DNA of 64,000 nucleotides from a bacterium (GTDB lineage Bacteria > UBA8248 > JACPRG01 > G963555815). Of the stretch, positions 37,263-46,032 are shown piece after piece. The notes under the pieces were generated by a model. It was given only the letters and a program-made list of their open reading frames with translations, was not told the origin of the DNA and did no database searches. The first letter of the stretch is position 1. Every line of letters starts with the position of its first letter. The stretch covers positions 1,856,001-1,920,000 of the forward strand of contig OZ244653.1 in the NCBI GenBank assembly GCA_965218795.1, read 5' to 3'. A program made the position numbers and the translations under genes.

Positions 37263-39709
37263 CGGGCAGCCCCGGTGGTGATTCGGTCCGGCGCGCCCGG
37301 GGAAGAGCGCCGGACCCCGTGCCCGGCCGCGAGGTTCTGGCCGGTCTTGTCGAGCGGGTGACCTTCCACAACCCGGAGAACGGGTTCTGCGTGCTGCGGA
37401 TCAAGGCCCGGGGCCGGCGTGATCTGGTCACCGCGGTCGGCCATGCCGCGACGATTTCCGCCGGCGAATGGGTGACCGCCTCCGGAGAATGGGCCAACGA
37501 CCGCACCCACGGCCTGCAATTCCGCGCGCGGCTGCTGAATACCTCCGCTCCCTCGTCGCTGGATGGTATCGAGAAGTATCTTGGTTCCGGAATGATCCGG
37601 GGCATCGGACCGGTCTATGCGAAACGCATGGTGCGGCTGTTCGGCAAGGACGTGTTCGACATCATCGAGGCCAGCCCCGAGCGCCTGCGCGAGGTCGAAG
37701 GGATCGGTCCGAAGCGGGCGGAGCGGATCACCTCGGCCTGGGCCGACCAGAAGGCGATCCGCGAGATCATGGTGTTCCTGCACCAGCACGGCGTGGGCAC
37801 GGCCCGGGCGGTGCGCATCTTCAAGACCTATGGCGCGGACGCGGTCGAGGTCATGAGCGAGAACCCCTACCGTCTGGCCCGGGACATCCGGGGGATCGGC
37901 TTCCGCACCGCCGACCTGATCGCGGAAAAGCTCGGCATCGGGAAGACCGCGATGATCCGGGTGCGCGCCGGGATATCGTTCGCGCTGTCCGAAGCCATGA
38001 GCGACGGCCATTGTGGGCTGCCCACTACGGAGCTGAAGAAGCTCTCGGAGAAGCTGCTCGAGGTGCCCGAAGAGCTGGTGACAACCGCCGTGGAGATGGA
38101 GTTGTCCGAGCGAACCGTGACCGCGGACAGCGTGGAAGAGACCCCGTGCATCTTCCTGAGCGGCCTGTACCATGCCGAACGGACCGTCGGGGAGCACTTG
38201 CGGAGGATAGCCGCCGGGCCGTTGCCCTGGAGCAGAATCGACGCGGACAAGGCGCTACCCTGGGTCGAGGCCTGTACCGGGCTCACGCTCGCCGGGAGCC
38301 AGGCCCATGCGGTGCGCCTCGCACTGGGCTCGAAGGCGACGGTCATCACGGGCGGTCCCGGTGTCGGCAAGACGACCATCGTCAATGTGATCCTGCGGAT
38401 CCTCTTGGCCAAGGACGCGAAACTCCTGCTTTGCGCACCCACGGGCCGTGCCGCCAAGCGCATGTCCGAGGCCACCGGCATGAAGGCGAAGACCATCCAC
38501 CGGCTGCTGGAGTTCGACCCCAGGGCCTTCGGGTTCCGGCGCAACGAGGACAGTCCGCTCGACTGCGACCTCCTGGTGGTGGACGAAAGCTCAATGGTGG
38601 ATGTGATGCTCATGCAGTCGCTGGTGAAGGCGGCGCCCGACCATGCCGCCCTGTTGCTCGTCGGCGACATCGACCAGTTGCCTTCCGTGGGTCCGGGCCA
38701 GGTGCTCTTTGACGTCATCGCCTCGGGGACCGTTCCCGTGGTGCGCCTGACCGAGGTGTTCCGTCAGGCCTCCCAAAGCCGGATCGTGACCAATGCCCAC
38801 CGGATCAACGCCGGCAGGATGCCGGAGCTGGACGAAGCCGATGGCGGAAACGACTTCTACTTCGTGCCGGCCGAGGATCCCGAGCAGGCGGTCGAGCGGA
38901 TTCTGTCCCTGGTCCGGGAGCGCATTCCCCGCCGGTTCGGCCTGGATCCGGTGCGCGACATCCAGGTGCTGTGCCCGATGAACCGTGGGGGCGCGGGGGC
39001 GAGGTCGCTCAATATCGAGCTGCAGGCGGTGTTGAACCCGGCCGGGGAGGAGAAGGTCGAGCGCTTCGGCTGGACCTTCGCACCGGGAGACAAGGTCATG
39101 CAGATCGAGAACGACTATGACAAGGACGTCTACAACGGCGACATCGGAAGGGTGGAAGCCGTGGACGGGGTGGAGGGCGAGGTGATTGCGGTGTTCGACG
39201 GCCGCAGGGTGTCCTACGGGTTCGGGGAGCTGGACATGCTGGCCCCCGCCTATGCGGCGACCGTGCACAAGAGCCAGGGCTCCGAATATCCCGCCGTGGT
39301 CCTGCCCGTGCTGACGCAGCACTACGCCATGCTACAGCGCAACCTGCTCTACACGGGGATCACGCGGGGCAAGCGCCTGGTCGTGCTCGTGGGTCAGAAG
39401 AAGGCCGTGGCCATCGCGGTCAAGGGCGGAAGGAATGTGTCCATCCGCGATCTCCGCGCCCTTCATGGCGTCCTTGACAATGACGAGGCGGTCATGGCGG
39501 GATTGATCATCATGGACCCCCTTGGACCGACGAAGGACCGGAACTTTCACCGGGACATGGCGAAGGCCGGAGACCTGGAAGTCGAGGGCGTAAAATATAG
39601 CCGGATGCAGATGCTGACCGTCAATGAAATCCTGGAAGGGAAACGCTTTCACACGCCGGGCGTGGTGGGCCGTGGACTCGCTCAGCCAACGTTACCGGGG
39701 ACGGGCTGA
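37259..39709 (+). CDS. recD2: RecD2-like SF1B DNA helicase with chimeric Mrr-like C-terminal extension
   Basis: GLVERVTFHNPENGFCVL, HhH GIGP motifs, TGGPGVGKTT, VDESSM, GDIDQLPSVGPG, HKSQGSEY, RNLLYTGITR; the last ~95 aa do not resemble RecD. Confidence 0.9.
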   Translation: MTGSPGGDSVRRARGRAPDPVPGREVLAGLVERVTFHNPENGFCVLRIKARGRRDLVTAVGHAATISAGEWVTASGEWANDRTHGLQFRARLLNTSAPSSLDGIEKYLGSGMIRGIGPVYAKRMVRLFGKDVFDIIEASPERLREVEGIGPKRAERITSAWADQKAIREIMVFLHQHGVGTARAVRIFKTYGADAVEVMSENPYRLARDIRGIGFRTADLIAEKLGIGKTAMIRVRAGISFALSEAMSDGHCGLPTTELKKLSEKLLEVPEELVTTAVEMELSERTVTADSVEETPCIFLSGLYHAERTVGEHLRRIAAGPLPWSRIDADKALPWVEACTGLTLAGSQAHAVRLALGSKATVITGGPGVGKTTIVNVILRILLAKDAKLLLCAPTGRAAKRMSEATGMKAKTIHRLLEFDPRAFGFRRNEDSPLDCDLLVVDESSMVDVMLMQSLVKAAPDHAALLLVGDIDQLPSVGPGQVLFDVIASGTVPVVRLTEVFRQASQSRIVTNAHRINAGRMPELDEADGGNDFYFVPAEDPEQAVERILSLVRERIPRRFGLDPVRDIQVLCPMNRGGAGARSLNIELQAVLNPAGEEKVERFGWTFAPGDKVMQIENDYDKDVYNGDIGRVEAVDGVEGEVIAVFDGRRVSYGFGELDMLAPAYAATVHKSQGSEYPAVVLPVLTQHYAMLQRNLLYTGITRGKRLVVLVGQKKAVAIAVKGGRNVSIRDLRALHGVLDNDEAVMAGLIIMDPLGPTKDRNFHRDMAKAGDLEVEGVKYSRMQMLTVNEILEGKRFHTPGVVGRGLAQPTLPGTG

Positions 39710-39744
39710 AAACACCACAAAGCCCATAACTTATAATTCCGTTC

Positions 39745-41534
39745 TTTTACAACGAAGCCATCTGCATCGACCTGTCCGATACCGAGCCCTGAGGTGGTCC
39801 CAGCAAATCGGACAGGTTGCTAAGGTGTATTCCACCGACTGAGGGAGGGATACGCAATGACGACACGACGGCGATTCACGGGGGAGTTCAAGGCGAAGGT
39901 AGCGCTGGAAGCACTGCGCGGGGACAAGACGGTTCAAGAAATCGCGGTGCGGCACAAGGTGCATCCGAACCAGGTGAGCGCCTGGAAGCAGCGAGCGGTG
40001 GAGGGGCTGAAGGAGGTATTCTCCAAGGGGGCGGAGCGGGCACGTGGGGACCATGAGGTGGAGATCCGGGACCTGCATGCGAAGATCGGGGAGTTGACGG
40101 TGGAGCGGGATTTTTTGTCCAAAGGGCTCAAGTGGTGAGCCGGGAGGGACGCAGGGCCATGATCCGTCGCGACCATCCCAAACTCAGCTTGAGCGGTCAA
40201 TGCCGCCTGCTTTCCATCAGCCGATCCTCGCTGTACCACACGCCCAAGGGCGAGAGTGCGCAGAACCTGGCGTTGATGCGGCGGATCGATGAGTTGTTCT
40301 TGAAATACCCGTTCTACGGCAGCCGCCAGATGGTCCGTCATTTGTGGCGCGAGGGAGTCCGTGTCGGTCGTCACCGGGTTCGGCGTCTGATGCGGCTGAT
40401 GGGCCTACAGGCCATCTACCAAGCGCCGAGAACCACCAGACCACATCCCGAACACCGGGTTTATCCCTATCTTCTCAAGGGACTCGCCATCGAGCGGCCC
40501 AATCAGGTCTGGACCGCGGACATAACCTATATCCCCGTCCAGCGCGGCTTCCTGTACCTGGTAGCCGTCATGGACTGGGCCACCCGCCGTGTGCTCGCCT
40601 GGCGGCTGTCCAACACCCTGGATGCCCGCTTCTGCGTCGAGGCCCTGACCGAAGCCCTGGACCGCTACGGCCGGCCTCGGATCTTCAATACCGACCAAGG
40701 CAGCCAGTTCACCAGCCTCGCGTTTACCGCTGTCCTCCAAGACGCCGGCGTCGCCATCTCCATGGACGGCCGGGGCCGATGCATGGACAACATCTTCATC
40801 GAGCGCCTCTGGCGTTCGCTCAAATACGAAGCGGTGTATCTGCACGAGCTCACCGACGGCTTCGCAGCCCAAAGGGCCATTGCCAAGTGGCTCGACTTCT
40901 ATAACACCGAAAGACCTCATTCCGCCCTGGCTGGCTCTACCCCGGCCGAGGCCTACGAAAAAGGACTGCCGCCGCAGATGCAGGCCAAGCCCCACCGCTT
41001 GCCTGCCCCTCTGCCGGCTCAACCAGAACAGAAAGACGGGTCAAACAGGACGCTGGCGGCATGATCAATGAACCGAATACACCTTCACTCAGCCGCCTAA
41101 CTGTCCAAGATAGTGGGACCACCTCACCCCGCACCTCCATCCCGCGCGAGCGAATCGAGCAGGAACTCGAGAAAACCGGTCTCGACATCCCGGAGGGCGG
41201 GACTCTCCTTTTTCACCTGGGGCACTACAACCGGTTTTATCCCTCGCCGGAATATTCGACTCAGTACGGGGGCCTGAGCGCCGAAGCGGCGGAATTCATT
41301 TACGTGGAAAAAGGAGCGCTCAACATCGGGACAGACGCGCCCAGCATCGATAATGCCGCCGACAATGCGTTTCCCTGCCACGTTATCTGCCGCCATCACC
41401 AGCGAACCAACACCGAGAACCTCTGTCACCTGGAGGAGCTGGCGGGCCAGCGGTTTCTCTTCATCGGCCTTCCGCTCAAAATTCGCGAGGGCACGGGCTC
41501 GCCAATCCGGGCCGTAGCCGTCCTTGGCGCCTAG
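39745..41534 (+). pseudogene. Cyclase / kynurenine formamidase family gene, 5'-truncated and IS-interrupted
   Basis: Removing the IS restores FYNEAICIDLSDTEP-RTSIPRE...IGTDAPSID...ENL...LPLKIREGTGSPIRAVA. Confidence 0.85.
39790..41126 (+). mobile_element. Complete IS3-family insertion sequence (1337 bp), 3-bp target duplication CCC
   Basis: IRs TGAGGTGGTCCCA...GGACAG / CTGTCC...TGGGACCACCTCA; orfA 39857-40138; orfB to 41064 with WTADITY, NTDQGSQF, DNIFIER. Confidence 0.95.
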
Positions 41535-41827
41535 CGTGGACCCGCATCCCGCCTTCTCCCGTGCGGAGAATCACGGGCCACGGGACAGGCTCTTCGACTG
41601 AAACACTCGGGGACAGCCCCGGCCGCCTGGGGCGATGATTTGCTCCATTCCCTCCTCTCCCTCATCGCCGTATGATGCGGCTCGTCCAATCCCCATCCGG
41701 ATTGACAGGGACTGCGGTTTCTTGCTTGAATGACCGGATTTTCAGGCTCCAGGATCCATGACAACGGCGTGAGGAAATTCGACCGTTTCAGAAGCTTCGA
41801 GGATTACCCACTCATGGCGGACGAGAC

Positions 41828-43666
41828 ATGAAAGAGAGAACAGAAAGAATCATGCGGCGCGCGGCGTGCGTAATGGTGGCGGGAAAGAGAACGCTCGTCC
41901 TGCTGATGCTGGCCGGCGTGATGATCGCCCAACAGGCGAATGCGGTCGATCTGCCGCGCAACGAGGCCGGCGTCACGGGCTCTTTCGACACGACCCTTTC
42001 GGTCGGCGCCGCGGTTCGGGCCGGGGACCGGGACGACCGCCTGATCGGCCTCGCCAACGGCGGTTCCGCGTACTCGATCAACGGCGACAACGGCAACCTC
42101 AACTACGACAAGGGCGAACTCGTCTCCGCCAACGTGAAGGTGACGCACGAGTTGCTGCTGGAGTGGAAGAACTTCGGCTTCTTCGGCCGGGCTTTCTACT
42201 TCTACGACCACGCGGTCATGAACCGGGAGACCGACCGTACGCCCCTGTCGAACGATGCGGAGGAACTCGTCGGCCGCGACATCGTGTTGCGGGACGCTTA
42301 TGTATCCGGCGATTTCGACGTCTCGGGAGCCCCGGTGTCGGTGCGCGCCGGCAACCAGGTGATGAGCTGGGGCGAGAGCGTCTTCATCCGCAACGGCATC
42401 AACTCGATCAACCCGGTCGACGTCTCCAGATTCCGTATCGCCGGCGCCGAGTTGCGGGACGGGCTCGTACCGATTCCGGCGATCAACGTCAAGGCCGGCA
42501 TTGGCGAGAATCTGTCCTTCGAGGCTTTCTATCAACTCGACTGGGTCAACACCGAGATCGAGCCGGAAGGCACGTTCTTCTCGACCAGAGACCACGTAAG
42601 CCCGGGCGGCCGTTTCGCCCATCTCGGGTTCGGCCTGCCGGGCGCCGCCACCGATGATCCGCCGGGCCCCTGCGCCAGACCGCCGATCTGTGCGAACGTG
42701 CCTCGCGCCGACGACCGGGAGGCCGGCGACGGGGGCCAGTTCGGCCTTGCGCTGCGCTATTTCGCCCCGGCGCTGAACGGCACCGAGTTCGGCCTCTATT
42801 ATACCCGCATCCACAGTCGTCTCCCGCTGGTCTCCGGCCGCACGGGCACGCCGGCGGGGGTATTCGCCCGAGACTACGCCGGCACGATGCGCTATTTCCG
42901 GGAGTTCCCGGAAGACATCGACATTTACGGCGCGAGCTTCAACACCGAGATCGGAGCCACGGGCTTCGCCTTGCAGGGAGAGGTTTCCTACCGCCGCGGC
43001 CAGCCGCTGCAGATCGACGACGTGGAGATTCTGTTCTCCGCCCTGTCGCCTCTCCGCAATGTCCCGGTCCCTCAATTAGCGCGCGCCGGCGCGGCCTTCG
43101 GACAGAGCCAGCTCGGGGCCCGGGGCTTCGATGAGGAGATCACCGGCTTCCGCCGCAAGGATGTCGTGCAGGCGCAGATGGCCGTTTCCAAGATTCTGGG
43201 GCCCCGGCTCGGCGCCGACGGGTTGATCTTCCTGGTCGAGGCGGGCTTCACCCATGTGCGCGACATGGAGGACAAGTCGGAGCTCCGCTACGATGGACCG
43301 GGCACGACGACCAGCGCCAATCCGTTCTTCACGGCGGCGGGCATTCAGCCGGCAACCCAAGACGGCGGCTTCGCCGATCCGTTTTCCTGGGGCTACCGGG
43401 CGATCGCGCGGGCGACCTACAACAACGCCATCGGACCCGTGAACCTGACGCCGCAGGTCTCGTTCTCTCATGACGTGAACGGCACGGCGCCGGCGCCGAT
43501 CGGCAATTTCGTCGAGAACCGGAAGACGATCACGCTGTCGATCGGAGCGAACTATCTGAACTCCTGGCGGGCCAGTATTTCCTACACGAACTCCTTCGAC
43601 GGCGGCGGTTTCAATCTCGTGAACGATCGCGACTACCTGCAGTTCGCGGCAAGCTATTCCTTCTGA
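41828..43666 (+). CDS. DUF1302 family outer-membrane protein
   Basis: Signal peptide; GSFDTTLSVG...NGDNGNLNY...GNQVMSWGES...DRDYLQFAASYSF with terminal Phe. Confidence 0.9.
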   Translation: MKERTERIMRRAACVMVAGKRTLVLLMLAGVMIAQQANAVDLPRNEAGVTGSFDTTLSVGAAVRAGDRDDRLIGLANGGSAYSINGDNGNLNYDKGELVSANVKVTHELLLEWKNFGFFGRAFYFYDHAVMNRETDRTPLSNDAEELVGRDIVLRDAYVSGDFDVSGAPVSVRAGNQVMSWGESVFIRNGINSINPVDVSRFRIAGAELRDGLVPIPAINVKAGIGENLSFEAFYQLDWVNTEIEPEGTFFSTRDHVSPGGRFAHLGFGLPGAATDDPPGPCARPPICANVPRADDREAGDGGQFGLALRYFAPALNGTEFGLYYTRIHSRLPLVSGRTGTPAGVFARDYAGTMRYFREFPEDIDIYGASFNTEIGATGFALQGEVSYRRGQPLQIDDVEILFSALSPLRNVPVPQLARAGAAFGQSQLGARGFDEEITGFRRKDVVQAQMAVSKILGPRLGADGLIFLVEAGFTHVRDMEDKSELRYDGPGTTTSANPFFTAAGIQPATQDGGFADPFSWGYRAIARATYNNAIGPVNLTPQVSFSHDVNGTAPAPIGNFVENRKTITLSIGANYLNSWRASISYTNSFDGGGFNLVNDRDYLQFAASYSF

Positions 43667-43690
43667 GTCAGAGATGGGGGAGCGGATACA

Positions 43691-45046
43691 ATGAGAACGC
43701 GATGGGTGAGCCTGGTCCTGGTCCTGGCGCTGGCAGCCGCGGGGGCGGCGACCGAGGCCGAGGCGGCGGAGAAGCTCGGCAGGGAGCTGACGCCCGTGGG
43801 CGGGGTCAAGGCCGGCAACGCATCCGGCGACATCCCGGCGTGGGAGGGCGGGCTCACCAAGCCGCCGGCCGGCTACGCGCCCGGGAAGCATCACCCCGAT
43901 CCCTTCCCGGACGACAAGCCTCTTTTCACCATCACCGCCGCCAACGTCGAGCAATACAAGTCACATCTCTCTCCCGGCCATATCGCGCTCTTCCGGCGCT
44001 ATCCGAAGACCTTCCGGATGCCGGTCTACCGGACCCGCCGCACCGCCGCCCTGCCGCAGCGGATATACGACAAGACGATCGCCAACGCGAAGACGGCGAA
44101 GCTGACCGAGGACGGCAACGGGGTGCTGAACGCGGCCGAGGGCATTCCCTTCCCGATTCCGCGAAACGGGCTGGAGGCGATCTGGAACCACCTGCTGCGC
44201 TACCGAGGCAAGACCACGACCAAGGTGTCCGGCCAAGCGGTGCCGACGGCCAACGGCAGCTACACCATGGTGCGGATCGCCGAGCAAGCTCTATTCGCCT
44301 ACCAGCAGCCCGGCGCCACGACCGAGACCATCGACAACAGGCTCGTCTACTTTCTGCAGGAGGTGCTCTCGCCGCCCAGGCTCGCCGGCAACATCACGCT
44401 GGTGCACGAAACGCTCAACCAGGCGATCGAACCGCGCAAGGCCTGGCTCTACAATCCCGGCCAACGGCGGGTGCGCCGCGCGCCCAACGTCGCCTACGAC
44501 AATCCCGGCACCGCCTCGGACGGGCAACGCACCAACGATCAGTTCGACATGTTCAACGGCGCGCCGGACCGCTACAACTGGACGCTGGTCGGCCGGCGGG
44601 AACTCTACATCCCCTACAACAGCTACCGCCTGCACAGCGACCGGAACCGCTTCGACGACATCTTGAAGCCCGGCCACATCAACCCGGACCTCACGCGCTA
44701 CGAGCGGCACCGGGTCTGGGTCGTCGAGGCGAAGGTGAAAGAGGGCACGAGACACATTTACGCCCGACGCACCTTCTATCTCGATGAGGACAGTTGGCAG
44801 ATCGCCGGCGTGGACCAGTACGACGGCCGCGGAGAGCTTTGGCGGGTCAGCGAGGCGCACATCATCAATTTTTACGAGATACCGCTGACCTGGACCACGA
44901 TGATGGCGATATACGACTTGCAGAACGGGCGCTACCTGGTCGACGGACTCGACAACGAACCCGGCTACCAGATCACCCGCTTCGACCTGCCGATGACCCG
45001 CAGTCAGTTCACGCCGGCGGCGCTGCGACGGAAGGGCCGCCGCTAG
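43691..45046 (+). CDS. DUF1329 family periplasmic protein
   Basis: LGRELTPVG...AGNASGDIPAWEGG...PFPIP...WLYNPGQRRVRRAP...FTPAALRR. Confidence 0.92.
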   Translation: MRTRWVSLVLVLALAAAGAATEAEAAEKLGRELTPVGGVKAGNASGDIPAWEGGLTKPPAGYAPGKHHPDPFPDDKPLFTITAANVEQYKSHLSPGHIALFRRYPKTFRMPVYRTRRTAALPQRIYDKTIANAKTAKLTEDGNGVLNAAEGIPFPIPRNGLEAIWNHLLRYRGKTTTKVSGQAVPTANGSYTMVRIAEQALFAYQQPGATTETIDNRLVYFLQEVLSPPRLAGNITLVHETLNQAIEPRKAWLYNPGQRRVRRAPNVAYDNPGTASDGQRTNDQFDMFNGAPDRYNWTLVGRRELYIPYNSYRLHSDRNRFDDILKPGHINPDLTRYERHRVWVVEAKVKEGTRHIYARRTFYLDEDSWQIAGVDQYDGRGELWRVSEAHIINFYEIPLTWTTMMAIYDLQNGRYLVDGLDNEPGYQITRFDLPMTRSQFTPAALRRKGRR

Positions 45047-45060
45047 GGCGAACCGCCGTC

Positions 45061-46032
45061 ATGCGGAGTCTCCGATCTTTTTTCGCGCTGTTTCTGATAT
45101 GCGCCGCCGCGGTTCCCTCGGGCGCGGACCCGCTGAACGAACCGGCGGCGGAACTGACTCGTCCCGAGCGCGGTCTGATCTCCGCCGCCGTTCGCGGGAA
45201 CGGCGGCATTGTCGCCGTTGGCGCGAGAGGCTTGATCCTCCGCCTCGACGGCGACGGCTGGCGGCAGGCGCCCATGCCGGCTCGCCGGACGCTGACCGCG
45301 ATCGCGGCGGCATCCGATGGCCGTCTCGTCGCCGTCGGTCACGACGCCCTGGTGCTGGAAAGCGTGGACGCCGGAGCTACCTGGCGCGTCGTCCGAGCGG
45401 ACCCGGGTTTCGACGCGCCGCTTCTGGATCTCTGGCTCGGCGCGGACGGACGGGGCCTGGCGGTCGGCGCCTACGGGCTGGCGTTCTCGACGGAGGATCA
45501 TGGGAGAACGTGGGCGCGCCGCGAAATCGATCCGGAGGAACCGCACTTCTACGCCATCCGGCAGGCCGCGGACGGAACGCTGTTCATTGCCGGCGAGTTC
45601 GGCACGTTCCTGCGCTCCCGTGACGGCGGAGCGACCTGGAAGCGACTGCACACCGGTTACGAGGGCACCTTCTTCGGGCTCCGGCCCGGTCGGGACGGGC
45701 GGCTGCTGCTCCACGGGCTGAGGGGCCGACTCTTCGAAAGCAACGACGGCGGCGAGACCTGGCGCAGCCTGGACAGCGGGGTTACCGCCGCTCTGTACGA
45801 CGCCGTCTACCTGCCCGACGGCCGGGCGGTGGTCGTCGGCGACGCCGGCACGGTGCTGATGGAGGAGGAGGCGGGAAGCGGCTCCATGCGGGCCGCGCCT
45901 CTCCCTCGCCGCGGCGCGATCACCACTGTACTGGCGGCGGGGCCGGACGCCGTCCTCCTGTTCGGCGAGGACGGCGTCCACCGCTTGATCCTGCCGGCCG
46001 CGGCGGAGGCGGGCGATGAACCGGTTCGGTGA
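45061..46032 (+). CDS. YCF48/BNR-repeat beta-propeller protein
   Basis: Repeated S-x-D-G-G-x-T-W Asp boxes; AVGARGLIL, AVGHDA. Confidence 0.88.
   Translation: MRSLRSFFALFLICAAAVPSGADPLNEPAAELTRPERGLISAAVRGNGGIVAVGARGLILRLDGDGWRQAPMPARRTLTAIAAASDGRLVAVGHDALVLESVDAGATWRVVRADPGFDAPLLDLWLGADGRGLAVGAYGLAFSTEDHGRTWARREIDPEEPHFYAIRQAADGTLFIAGEFGTFLRSRDGGATWKRLHTGYEGTFFGLRPGRDGRLLLHGLRGRLFESNDGGETWRSLDSGVTAALYDAVYLPDGRAVVVGDAGTVLMEEEAGSGSMRAAPLPRRGAITTVLAAGPDAVLLFGEDGVHRLILPAAAEAGDEPVR

Noticed and set aside
37259-39400. RecD2 gene as the missing relaxase (TraA/TrwC)
   Set aside because: No N-terminal catalytic Tyr or HUH motif; the architecture is plain RecD2.
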